Source: Candidatus Woesearchaeota archaeon (lineage in GTDB: Archaea > Nanobdellota > Nanobdellia > Pacearchaeales > GW2011-AR1). From it: DNA of 55,264 bases. Shown here piece by piece: positions 45,067 through 54,614 of this stretch. Below the pieces are notes generated by a model, which saw nothing but the letters and a program-made list of their open reading frames with translations, ran no database searches and was not told the DNA's origin. Position numbers and translations under genes: made by a program. Positions within the stretch are counted from its first letter, which is position 1; every line of letters begins with the position of its first letter. The DNA is taken from NCBI GenBank assembly GCA_964530955.1, contig CAZHCL010000004.1:1-55264 (forward strand). Direction: 5' to 3'.

Positions 45067-46725
45067 ATGGACGAAACAATCTATGGCTCAGGAATAGTGA
45101 TAAGAAATATAGCAGGGCACAAAATTGGTATTGATGGAAATAAAGCAACTATCTGGGCAGACGTTCCTGAAAAAGCTAATCAAATCACTGAAAATGAAAG
45201 AATATACCGTAATCCAGCCAGTTTGTTTTCACGTTCAAGTAACATTCTAACTTCTTTTTCATTAGTCAGATTTGGGAAAGTAAAACCATTCATTGATGGT
45301 GTCTATTCAGTAGTAGAAGAGCAGGTTGCTAAAGAGGCGGGGAGTTTTTCTAGACCAGAACTTCTAAGAAATTTGGAAAGACAAGTAAGAGATGAAGAAG
45401 CTAGATTATACATATCAGTTGCAAGAGCTATAGGTAATGAATCAGTAACTGAATCCGATAGTCTGCGCAGTGCCTTGTCTCTATTTGAAAAAGAACTAGG
45501 CATTTCTCTTCCACAAGGATTATGCGATTGGTCTCCAGAATTAAGAACTGCATTTAGACAAATTAAAGCAACAGGCACAAGACCTGGATTTTTCTTCGGA
45601 AGAGAAAACGATGAAGAATTCAACAGAACGATAAGAAGTCATATAGATCAAGCTCTATGTCAAAATCCTGAACTTGATATACTTTACCGAAATATCGTAG
45701 ATATTTATGCAAAAATGACTAATCCTCCAACAGAAACATCAGCCTTATTTCCATCTGCATTGCTCCCAGATCAGGAATTTTTCAAGAAATTATCATCTAA
45801 AACAAAGAGCGACTTGGAGGAAGGATTAGGAAAACTTTTAGTTCAGGGAATGAAAGATGGCAAAATTGAATTTTCATTAAAACCTAACTCTGGATTATAT
45901 GATTGGCAAATGCAGGAATTAATACCTCTTATTTTAAGAAAAGAAAGAGAGTTTGAAAAATTCCTGCCAGGAAATAATTATTCAAAGTTAATGGAAAACG
46001 AATTTATTTCCCAATGGGCTGCAACAAGACATACCCACGTTGCACACACAGACTATAGAGATATGTTAATAGGTTGTGCCCTAGCTCCTGAAAGAAAAAT
46101 AACAATAACTCCAGAACTATACGCAGAACCTTTTGTAACAGGATATGAAAGAATGGCAGAAACTCTTTCATTCCTAAGAAGAACTGTTGTTTCATTTTTT
46201 GGAGATGAATTTCTAAATAAAAGGAGATTGCTTCAAGGTGGAGAAAGATCCAGATTAAATTTAGGAGAAGAATTTAGTAAGTTAGAAAATATATTGCTTG
46301 GACTTTCATTAAATTCAAAAGATTCAATTCATCAGCCATATGAGTACGGACCTGAACAAGAAGGATATCGGAATGTTGCTAATGTATGGCTAAACAACAT
46401 ATCCACCGACCCTGACTTGAATAGAGACACTGCTATTTTTGTTCCAATAATCAGGGAAACAAGCGGAGAAAGATATATTTCATATGTAGTTCCAGGTTTT
46501 AGATTAGTAGATTTAAATGTCGGTTATGATGCAAAACCTAGAATAGGCACGGGGGAAGATTATGTAAATTATGAATTTGAATCAGCAAATTATCGCCTTC
46601 CAGTTTTAGTACACAAAGAAGTAAGAATACCTAAAGACAGATTAATCAATGATAGATTGCTAAGGGAAAGATTGCCAAAAGTCCTTAATATTTCTGAATT
46701 AGATGAAATCTTAAGAAAAATCTGA
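45067..46725 (+). CDS. Large hypothetical protein, possibly distantly DUF3160-like
   Basis: 552 aa; WAATRH and YAEP..GYERM are reminiscent of DUF3160 (W..LRHD / YVEP..Y.RL). Confidence 0.6.
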   Translation: MDETIYGSGIVIRNIAGHKIGIDGNKATIWADVPEKANQITENERIYRNPASLFSRSSNILTSFSLVRFGKVKPFIDGVYSVVEEQVAKEAGSFSRPELLRNLERQVRDEEARLYISVARAIGNESVTESDSLRSALSLFEKELGISLPQGLCDWSPELRTAFRQIKATGTRPGFFFGRENDEEFNRTIRSHIDQALCQNPELDILYRNIVDIYAKMTNPPTETSALFPSALLPDQEFFKKLSSKTKSDLEEGLGKLLVQGMKDGKIEFSLKPNSGLYDWQMQELIPLILRKEREFEKFLPGNNYSKLMENEFISQWAATRHTHVAHTDYRDMLIGCALAPERKITITPELYAEPFVTGYERMAETLSFLRRTVVSFFGDEFLNKRRLLQGGERSRLNLGEEFSKLENILLGLSLNSKDSIHQPYEYGPEQEGYRNVANVWLNNISTDPDLNRDTAIFVPIIRETSGERYISYVVPGFRLVDLNVGYDAKPRIGTGEDYVNYEFESANYRLPVLVHKEVRIPKDRLINDRLLRERLPKVLNISELDEILRKI

Positions 46726-46727
46726 TA

Positions 46728-47648
46728 TCACAGTTTTCTTAATAAGTTATTCTTAGCACCAATATGGCCTAATACGGAAAGAGCCTCTTTATGCCCGTAA
46801 TCCATCGCAGTATCTATAGTCTTTCCTTTCATTATGGCGTAAGTAAAACCCGCTGCAAAAGCATCCCCCGCGCCAGTTTTATCAACCGAATTGACTGGAT
46901 GAACGTTTTTTATATAAATTCTTAGAGAGTCAGAAGCATGAATATCCCCAGAACCATCCGTTATTACAATAATAGCGCTAGTATGAACATATATTGAATC
47001 AAAAATATCGACAATATCTTTCTTTCCAGTTAAAATGTGCGCCTCTTCCCTGTTTAAAACAAGAATGTCTGCACTCTGAAGAAGAGGAGAGAGATAATCA
47101 AGACCTTTGGCAGCAAGATAGAGACTGAAGTTCATTGCAATCTTCGTTCCTTTTTTCTTTGCCAAATGAACTATCTTTTCAGCAGTTTCTAATCCTTGCC
47201 CAAGCATTGAAGAAACGTAAAGCCACTTTGATTTTGCCTTGCTAAGTTTAATGTCATTAATTGTAAGATAATCATTAATGCCTTTGTAAGTAAGTATTGT
47301 TCTGTCTTTCCTAGTTGGAAGTATTAAAGATATTCCAGTCACAGCACCCTTCATTTCACTTCCAAGAAAATCAACTTTTTCCTTTTTTAATTCATTAAGA
47401 ATATGTCTTCCATTAACATCATCCCCAACAAGACCTATAAATCCAGTTTTAAGCCCTAGTCTTGAAAAAGCAACAGCAGTATTTGTTCCTCCACCCCCAG
47501 TAGTTATAAGCAAATCATCAATCAATACTTTATCTCCAAGATGATAAGCTATATCCTTATGTCCCAAATGGCTTATTATCTCTGGTTTTGCCAAGGTCTT
47601 TACATACAAATCAACATCCGCTCCGCCCAAGGTTATTATATCATACAT
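46728..47648 (-). CDS. PfkB-family carbohydrate kinase
   Basis: GGGGTNTAVAFSRLG, VGDD.NG, VLNREEA, DKTGAGDAFAAGF. Confidence 0.92.
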   Translation of the reverse strand: MYDIITLGGADVDLYVKTLAKPEIISHLGHKDIAYHLGDKVLIDDLLITTGGGGTNTAVAFSRLGLKTGFIGLVGDDVNGRHILNELKKEKVDFLGSEMKGAVTGISLILPTRKDRTILTYKGINDYLTINDIKLSKAKSKWLYVSSMLGQGLETAEKIVHLAKKKGTKIAMNFSLYLAAKGLDYLSPLLQSADILVLNREEAHILTGKKDIVDIFDSIYVHTSAIIVITDGSGDIHASDSLRIYIKNVHPVNSVDKTGAGDAFAAGFTYAIMKGKTIDTAMDYGHKEALSVLGHIGAKNNLLRKL

Positions 47649-47700
47649 TTTGCTCTTTTTTATATCAAATAAAACAAATATAAGTAGATAAATCTTTGGC

Positions 47701-48471
47701 TTACCTTACCAGAAACTCTGTCTTACTGCAGTGACCTTTCCAGTCAAAAGGAAATACTCTAATTAAAGGAGCATATATTTTCACATCTCCTTTAACAATA
47801 GCTCCAACTTCAAGACCATTAACTTTTACAATTCCTTTACCCTCTGCTTTTTCAAAAGCGATCTCTGCGGCATTTGATAAAGATTCATACTCTTCTTCTA
47901 AGAAAGGAATATTGCCTTCCCTATAGTTTCCATTAACAAAATTTTCAATTTGAGGTAAAGGATTTGACGCAGGAACTTTGCCAGAAACAAACCTACGAGA
48001 AAAAGAAATAGTATAGATATTAGTCAGTGCAGCATCCATATTCGCAAGAAATTTGCTTATATTTTGTTCATAATATTTAATACCAAGAAGTTGAGCGACC
48101 GCAAAAGGAGCTAAAATCCTCTCTTGACATCTGAATACTAATCCTTTTTGTAAAGAGGACAATGGATCAGACAAATCTTGAACGCCTGAAGAAACTGCAT
48201 CTCTATAATTTTTAAACCTTGAAGATTCCATCTGAACGCCTTGCCTAAGGAAAGCAAGCTTTTCCTCCAAACTTCCATCAATTACCTCACCAAAATTTGC
48301 TCCAAGTATTTCTTCTCTAGTTACACCTATTTGATCTACCTTTTCTAAAATATGAACATAATCCTCACCACAACTAGAACACAACATAACAGAGTAAACT
48401 CCCCGAGGATACCTCCTCACCCATTCATCAGGAAGAGACTTTCCAAGCAAAGATAAATTAACTCCGCCCAT
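47701..48471 (-). CDS. Hypothetical protein
   Basis: Intact 256-aa ORF. Confidence 0.6.
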   Translation of the reverse strand: MGGVNLSLLGKSLPDEWVRRYPRGVYSVMLCSSCGEDYVHILEKVDQIGVTREEILGANFGEVIDGSLEEKLAFLRQGVQMESSRFKNYRDAVSSGVQDLSDPLSSLQKGLVFRCQERILAPFAVAQLLGIKYYEQNISKFLANMDAALTNIYTISFSRRFVSGKVPASNPLPQIENFVNGNYREGNIPFLEEEYESLSNAAEIAFEKAEGKGIVKVNGLEVGAIVKGDVKIYAPLIRVFPFDWKGHCSKTEFLVR

Positions 48472-48506
48472 AATATTGACGCACAGAATGCATTTATAAA
48501 TATTTC

Positions 48507-49511
48507 TTATCCGACAAGATTTATCTTCTTCCCTTTCAAGAATGCTTTTATGTTTTCAATTGTTACATCAAGTATTTTCTGCACAGCTTCCTGAGAATAG
48601 AAAGCAATATGAGGCGTAAAAACAACTTTTTCATTTCTTATTATTCTATGATCAACCGCAAGCTGATGAATCTTCTGAATATTGAGCTTCTTAGGCTCAT
48701 GCAACAATTCTTTTTCTTCCTTAATCAGCTCTTCTCCTTCAATAACATCTATCCCCGCTCCTGCAATCAAATCTTTGTTAAGAGCATTCATCAAAGCTGA
48801 AGTATCAACTATCGGTCCTCTTGAAGTATTTATCAGTAAAGCACTTTTCTTCATGCTAGAAAGAACTTTCCTGTTTACCAAGTGATGATTCTTTTCACAA
48901 TAAGGGACATGAAGAGTAACTATATCTGATTTTCTGAAAAGCTCATTTAATGAAGCATACTTGAATCCCATTTTACTTGCAAACTTTTTATCGGGATGAT
49001 GGTCGTTTGCAATAACATTCATCTCAAAACCACGAGCAATTTGTATTACTTTACTTCCAATTCTTCCTACTCCAACAACTCCAAGAGTTTTTCCCTTCAA
49101 GTCAAAACCTTTAAGCCCTTCAATTGAATGATTTTCGTTCAAATTTCTTACGTATGCTTTATGAATATTCCTTGTAAGAGATAAAATAAGACCAAAAGTG
49201 TGCTCAGCAACAGAGTTATCTCCATAATGGGGTGTGTTTGAAACAACAATTCCCCTCTTCCTACAGGCTTCAAGGTCAATATGGTCAAATCCCATTGATC
49301 GTGTAGTTATGTAATTGACATTCTTAAGAATACTAATAATATTTGCGTCTATCTTTGAATAAATAAATACAGAAACAATATCAAAATCAGATACTTGTTT
49401 AGCATTTTCAGAGTTCAAAGGTTCATAAAAGAATTTCAATGTGTAACCTTTCAAATCTTTCTTCAGCTCCTCAATTTCCCAATCATGCACCTCAAAAAAT
49501 GCTATTTTCAC
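48507..49511 (-). CDS. D-2-hydroxyacid dehydrogenase (D-lactate dehydrogenase-like)
   Basis: RSMGFDHID, VAEH, GVVGVGRIG, LHVP, INTSRG, AGIDV..E, TPHIAFYS. Confidence 0.9.
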   Translation of the reverse strand: MKIAFFEVHDWEIEELKKDLKGYTLKFFYEPLNSENAKQVSDFDIVSVFIYSKIDANIISILKNVNYITTRSMGFDHIDLEACRKRGIVVSNTPHYGDNSVAEHTFGLILSLTRNIHKAYVRNLNENHSIEGLKGFDLKGKTLGVVGVGRIGSKVIQIARGFEMNVIANDHHPDKKFASKMGFKYASLNELFRKSDIVTLHVPYCEKNHHLVNRKVLSSMKKSALLINTSRGPIVDTSALMNALNKDLIAGAGIDVIEGEELIKEEKELLHEPKKLNIQKIHQLAVDHRIIRNEKVVFTPHIAFYSQEAVQKILDVTIENIKAFLKGKKINLVG

Positions 49512-49591
49512 CTTATAACCTCTATTTTATACTCAATATAATAAATACTGATATAAAAATCTATCCCCTGATAAACAGGTAAGAGAATTAA

Positions 49592-50392
49592 TCAGCCACT
49601 CAAGAGATGCCTGTCAGCTAAATCACAAATTTGTACTAATGTATGAGGTGCATAATTTAAAGAGAAATCTGTAGAATAATAATCTACATCCCAACTAGGT
49701 TTAATTCGTTGAACAGCTATAGAAACAGGAAAGGGGGTTTCAGAGGAAGTAATTATTGCTTCAGTAAATTCCAAAGGATGTTGCCTGCAGAATTCAGCCA
49801 CGGGAGCAAAACCATCCTTAGAAGCAAATGTAAAGTAAGCTGTTTTGTCATGATTAGCTCTAGGACCAATTCCAGGTTGGACATATTCTAAGTTCTGAAA
49901 CCTTCCGCTTAACTTAGCTTCATCAACAATATTCTTAGTATTGAAAACCCTAGTGGGTCTCCAAGAACTAGATCTTACTACTCTATTCGGTTCAGTAGTC
50001 TCTCCAAAGAGCCAAGCCGTCCTTTCATTGCCAGGAAAAATATCATACAATTCTCCAAAAAAAGCAAGAAGAGAATCAAGATTTTTTCTGTTAGCACTAA
50101 AATCTAACTTTAATCCTTTATCTCCATCAACATAATTCAAACCCACTCTAAGATATTCTCTAGCGCCCTTATTACCAACTACAAATTCTGGATTGTCTGC
50201 CAACAATTCTTTCAAAACAAAATAGTTAATATAAATCGGGTTGGGAATTAGAGATAGTTGTTCATCAGAAAAAGTATCAAAATCAGAGGTAGACATTGCT
50301 CTGCCTAAAAACTGATTTTTGGCTTGAAATTTGTCTAGCATAGAAAACCTTTTTGAGAAAAAGTCTTGTGCCGATTTAAAAGCTAATTTCAT
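49592..50392 (-). CDS. Hypothetical protein
   Basis: Start moved from 50536 to 50392, because the longer version overlaps prs and runs through AT-rich promoter DNA. Confidence 0.6.
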   Translation of the reverse strand: MKLAFKSAQDFFSKRFSMLDKFQAKNQFLGRAMSTSDFDTFSDEQLSLIPNPIYINYFVLKELLADNPEFVVGNKGAREYLRVGLNYVDGDKGLKLDFSANRKNLDSLLAFFGELYDIFPGNERTAWLFGETTEPNRVVRSSSWRPTRVFNTKNIVDEAKLSGRFQNLEYVQPGIGPRANHDKTAYFTFASKDGFAPVAEFCRQHPLEFTEAIITSSETPFPVSIAVQRIKPSWDVDYYSTDFSLNYAPHTLVQICDLADRHLLSG

Positions 50393-50501
50393 AAAAGTTT
50401 GAGCTATTAATGATTTATAAGTATTAATATAATTAAAGATATATACTCTAATCAACATGTTTATAAAACTCTCCTCCTTGTTTATAGAAAGGTGATAAAA
50501 A

Positions 50502-51383
50502 ATGAGTAAAAAAGTGATTATAGCTGCATTTCCCAATGTGGCTGAAATAGGAAGAAAAGTTGCAAAATCTCTTAAAGCTGAATTTACAGAAATATCTGTT
50601 AAGAAATTCCCCGATTCAGAATTTCATCTAACTCTAAAGAAAAATCCAGGCAACAAGACAGTTGTAATAATTAACTCATTTTTCCATGACCCAAACAGCA
50701 AACTTGTTGAAACTCTTCTGGCAGGAGGAGTGGCAAAAGATTACAAAGCAAATAAAATAATTTTATTCGCTACATATTTACCTTATATGAGGCAAGACAC
50801 TCATTTTGTTAATTATGATAGCTTCTCAGCAAAGCACATGCTTGAAGTTTTTGCTGACTTTGACAAAATAATAGCCATAGACCCTCATTTACACAGAATA
50901 AAAAATATGCATACTCTTTCAGCCAAAGCAGAAAGCATAACCGTAGACGAGATCGTTGCAGATTATATTAAAAGGAATTTCAAAGGAGAGTATGAAATAA
51001 TAGGACCTGACAATGAGAGCGCACAATGGAGCGCAAAAATAGCAAAAATGCTAAAGAAGAAAGTAGTGATATTAGATAAAACAAGAATTGGAGATGCAAG
51101 TATAAAGCAAAAAAAAGTTAATTTAGATAAAAACTCAAATTATATTTTAATTGATGATATCATAAGCACAGGAAAGACTCTTCTCGGTGCGTTTGAAATG
51201 GCTGAGAAGCAGGGAGCTAAGAAGTTGGTGAGCATTGGAATTCACGGGCTGTTTGTAAATGAAGCAGATAAACTGATTGCAAAGCATGCTTCAATAATAA
51301 CAACAAACACAGTTCCAACAAAATATTCTAAGATAGACATTTCCTCTGCTATTGTTGATAGATTAAGAAAAGAAATTAAATAA
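50502..51383 (+). CDS. prs: Ribose-phosphate pyrophosphokinase (archaeal type)
   Basis: FPDSE, YLPYMRQD, IDPHLH, IGPDNES, LIDDIISTG.T. Confidence 0.88.
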   Translation: MSKKVIIAAFPNVAEIGRKVAKSLKAEFTEISVKKFPDSEFHLTLKKNPGNKTVVIINSFFHDPNSKLVETLLAGGVAKDYKANKIILFATYLPYMRQDTHFVNYDSFSAKHMLEVFADFDKIIAIDPHLHRIKNMHTLSAKAESITVDEIVADYIKRNFKGEYEIIGPDNESAQWSAKIAKMLKKKVVILDKTRIGDASIKQKKVNLDKNSNYILIDDIISTGKTLLGAFEMAEKQGAKKLVSIGIHGLFVNEADKLIAKHASIITTNTVPTKYSKIDISSAIVDRLRKEIK

Positions 51384-53259
51384 ACGTCTTTGCATGCATT
51401 ACAATATGCCTTGCATTTATGCTGTATTTATCAAGCAACTGCTCTGGAGTTCCAGAATGAGGTGCCTTATTGATTGAAAGAGACTTAATTCTTATTCCAG
51501 TATTAAGAAGTTCATAGGCAAGCATTTCTCCTATTCCCCCTCCAGAGTAATGGTCTTCTGAAACTATTATTTTTCCACCATGATGATTAACAAAATTAAT
51601 CAACTTTTTAACATCGAGAGGTTTAATGCAATACAAATCTATTACTGCAGAGCTAATTCCATTGTCTTTTAATAATTTATGAGCTTTCAAACATTCATGA
51701 AGAGTTATACCTGCTCCAATTAAAACAATGGAGTCTGACTTTGATTGCCTAAGAATCTTAAACTCCCCAACCTCAAATTTTTCTTCTTTAGAATAAATTA
51801 CTGGAGTTTTTGCCCTAGTTGTCCTTATGTATTTAATTCCTTTCAATTTATTGGAAAGTTCAACAATCTTCTGCGTCGAAACCGCATCACTTGGATAAAA
51901 GACGGTTGAATTTGGAAGGTCTCTGAATAAAGCTATATCTTCAAGACCCATCTGCGAAGCTCCATCCTGTCCTATGGATATTCCAGCGTGACTTCCACAT
52001 ATAGTTATATTACCATGTGAAAGAGCAGACATTCTTATCTGATCATGGGCTCTTGAGAGGAAAGCAGCAAATGAAGAAGCATAAACATGATATCCTTTTA
52101 TTGACAAGCCCAAAGCCATCCCAATCATATTCTGCTCTGCAATGTATGCTTCTATAAAATGACTTGGCTCCATTTTCTTAACTATTTCAGAAAATGTAGA
52201 GTTGCTTACTTCTGCATCAATTACAATTATTTTTTTATCTCTCTCAGCCAGATATTCAAGACCAAAACCATAAGCCTCTCTTGTTGCAACAAGCTTTCCA
52301 ATTTTGAAGCTTTTCATCCTAGTTTTCTTCTTTTTATTTGATTCTTTGAGTGTTCTTGACTTCTCAGGAAGTTTAATATTTATCTCAGGCATACTTGGAG
52401 GAGGAATTTCCTTCAAAGCAGCAAAATATTCTTCTTTTGTTAAAGCTCTACCATGCCATCCATCCTTATTCTCAACAAAAGAAACCCCCTTTCCCTTCAC
52501 AGTCTTAGCTATTATTAAAGTAGGCTTATCATTTTCTCTTGACCTTTTAAAAGCACCTACAAGAGAACCAACCGAATGCCCATCGACAATTAGTACATCC
52601 CATCCAAAAGAACGAAATCTTTTTTTATAAGTTTCAGCGTCATATCCTAGCATTGTCTGACCTCTCTGCCCTAATCGATTCATATCCAGTATGGCGCAGA
52701 TATTACTAACTTTATGATAACTTGCAAGTTCACATGCTTCATAGATAGAGCCTTCTGCAATCTCGCTATCTCCAAGAAGAACATATACCCTTGATTTCTT
52801 TTTTTGCATACGCATTGCCATAGCCATCCCCAGTCCAACTGAAAGCCCTTGCCCAAGAGAACCTGTTGCAACCTTTATAGCAGGTTCAAAAGGAGAGGGA
52901 ACAGGATGACCTTCTAAATGACTGCCCAATTTTCTATAGCTAGACAAAGGCTCTTCAAGAGCCCCAGCTCTCTTCAATGCCGCATAAAGTATAGGAGCAG
53001 CATGTCCCTTACTTAGAACAAACTCATCATTATCAGGATTATTTTCATTTTTAGGCTCATAATGCATTTCATCAAAAAATAAAACTGAAATTATCTCTGC
53101 GCAAGATAAACAGGAAGAAGGATGACCACTTCCAGCCTCTGTAGTCATCTGCAAAGAATCTCTGCGCAATAAATTAGCAATATCCTGCAACTGCTGATTC
53201 TTACTTTTAGGAATTAAAGCTAATGCCTGCCCTTTTTTTATTTTCATCTTAAAGACCAT
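51376..53259 (-). CDS. tkt: Transketolase, single-chain (627 aa)
   Basis: AGSGHPSS, LSKGHAAP, LEGHP, ATGSLGQG, GDSEIAEG...MN, IAEQNM, GQDGASQMGLED, EDHY. Confidence 0.92.
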   Translation of the reverse strand: MVFKMKIKKGQALALIPKSKNQQLQDIANLLRRDSLQMTTEAGSGHPSSCLSCAEIISVLFFDEMHYEPKNENNPDNDEFVLSKGHAAPILYAALKRAGALEEPLSSYRKLGSHLEGHPVPSPFEPAIKVATGSLGQGLSVGLGMAMAMRMQKKKSRVYVLLGDSEIAEGSIYEACELASYHKVSNICAILDMNRLGQRGQTMLGYDAETYKKRFRSFGWDVLIVDGHSVGSLVGAFKRSRENDKPTLIIAKTVKGKGVSFVENKDGWHGRALTKEEYFAALKEIPPPSMPEINIKLPEKSRTLKESNKKKKTRMKSFKIGKLVATREAYGFGLEYLAERDKKIIVIDAEVSNSTFSEIVKKMEPSHFIEAYIAEQNMIGMALGLSIKGYHVYASSFAAFLSRAHDQIRMSALSHGNITICGSHAGISIGQDGASQMGLEDIALFRDLPNSTVFYPSDAVSTQKIVELSNKLKGIKYIRTTRAKTPVIYSKEEKFEVGEFKILRQSKSDSIVLIGAGITLHECLKAHKLLKDNGISSAVIDLYCIKPLDVKKLINFVNHHGGKIIVSEDHYSGGGIGEMLAYELLNTGIRIKSLSINKAPHSGTPEQLLDKYSINARHIVMHAKTFI

Positions 53260-53306
53260 ATATTGATGTAAAAAGAGGTATAAAAATAATGCGGTTTACT
53301 AACTAA

Positions 53307-53843
53307 ATTAAATCAAGCTTTCCTTCTATTTCTCTAAGGCTTTTTATTGGAATTATATTTTCAGGGAGATATTCTTCTCAGCAATGCCTTACTCGAATTG
53401 ACTGGGAACCAAGAAAGGATTTATCCAAAGAAGAAATTTGCCGCAGAGTAATAAGAAACTACGGTGATTGGTTATGTTCAATAGCACAAGGAAATCCTCA
53501 AATAGAAGTAGATATTCAAATTAAATATAAAACTCGCGGCGAAAAGATTTATATTCCAGCCAGAAATTCAGAATCCAGTTTATCTCTTCTTTATCAACAT
53601 CCAAGATATGAACGATTTCAGGGAATGGTATTATGGGGTTACGATCACAATGGTGCATATGCATGCGTAGGTCTGGATACTATTCATTTTGAAAAACCCT
53701 GGGATGTAGAACAAGGAATGATATTCACAGAATTTTGGACGGATAATATGGGAGAAAAAATAGCTTCATTGTTTACTGATACTGCGAATATGCCAAATCA
53801 AGAAATTATTAATATAATGCCTAGATTAATTAAGTTTGAATAA
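53307..53843 (+). CDS. Hypothetical protein; frame is open from 53307, first ATG at 53625
   Basis: Stop-free frame upstream of the track ORF; true start uncertain. Confidence 0.4.
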   Translation: MKSSFPSISLRLFIGIIFSGRYSSQQCLTRIDWEPRKDLSKEEICRRVIRNYGDWLCSIAQGNPQIEVDIQIKYKTRGEKIYIPARNSESSLSLLYQHPRYERFQGMVLWGYDHNGAYACVGLDTIHFEKPWDVEQGMIFTEFWTDNMGEKIASLFTDTANMPNQEIINIMPRLIKFE

Positions 53844-53915
53844 AAAGTTCTTATTACATATAGTTCATTACTATCTGGCAAACATCTTTAAATAGTAAAA
53901 AATATCTCTGAAAAC

Positions 53916-54155
53916 ATGATTCAACCAGCAGCGATATTTGACCGAGCAGACTACGCTCACAACTATTTAATGATCTATGGCGATAAACCAGACTCAACTC
54001 TGAGAGGATACGCTGCAGGATACAAATCGGCAGGTACATTCAAGAAAGTATTAATGGCTTTAAACCCCTTTGTTGATTTCGGATTAAGAGCAGAAGTTGC
54101 GGAGAAAATTATTCTGCAAAGAGCAAAAGAAAGCGATTTGACTGATAAATTTTAA
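53916..54155 (+). CDS. Small hypothetical protein
   Basis: 79-aa ORF with TTTAAAT upstream. Confidence 0.55.
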   Translation: MIQPAAIFDRADYAHNYLMIYGDKPDSTLRGYAAGYKSAGTFKKVLMALNPFVDFGLRAEVAEKIILQRAKESDLTDKF

Positions 54156-54614
54156 AATAAATAAAAAGAGCTTATCGTGCTTAATTTTAGATAAGATGTA
54201 AACTCTTTCTTTGAGGAGTATGAAGTAATTCGGATAACCTTTCTTTGCCTATACAAGGACTTTATTTGAAAGATTTGAAGAATTACTGTATCAATCGAAT
54301 GATTATAATTTTCCTCTTTATCATCCTCTTTTCCCTTTCTCCCAGAATGCCTTATTCTTTTGATAATAAACCTTTAGAGTTTATTAAACCCATGAAGAGG
54401 AGATTCCACCATTCAAAAAGAGCGATGAAATGTCCTCTCCTGGGAAAAAAGAGGTGATAATATATCTATGTGGTTTGGGTATTTAAATCTTTCGCTTTGT
54501 TGTAACTAAACAATGAATACACATTTCTTTCATCGCACAATTAAAGCGTTCAGAACATAAAGGCATTTAAACTCTTCGCCCATTAAATTAAGATGAAAGA
54601 GGTATTTCTGATTA

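Noticed and set aside
4261-52871. Many 60-170 aa track ORFs nested in or antisense to confidently identified genes (for example 5158, 5731, 8527, 10854, 11564, 14376, 17247, 32076, 42022, 45303, 52304)
   Set aside because: Shadow frames with no motifs; the overlapping frame carries clear family signatures.
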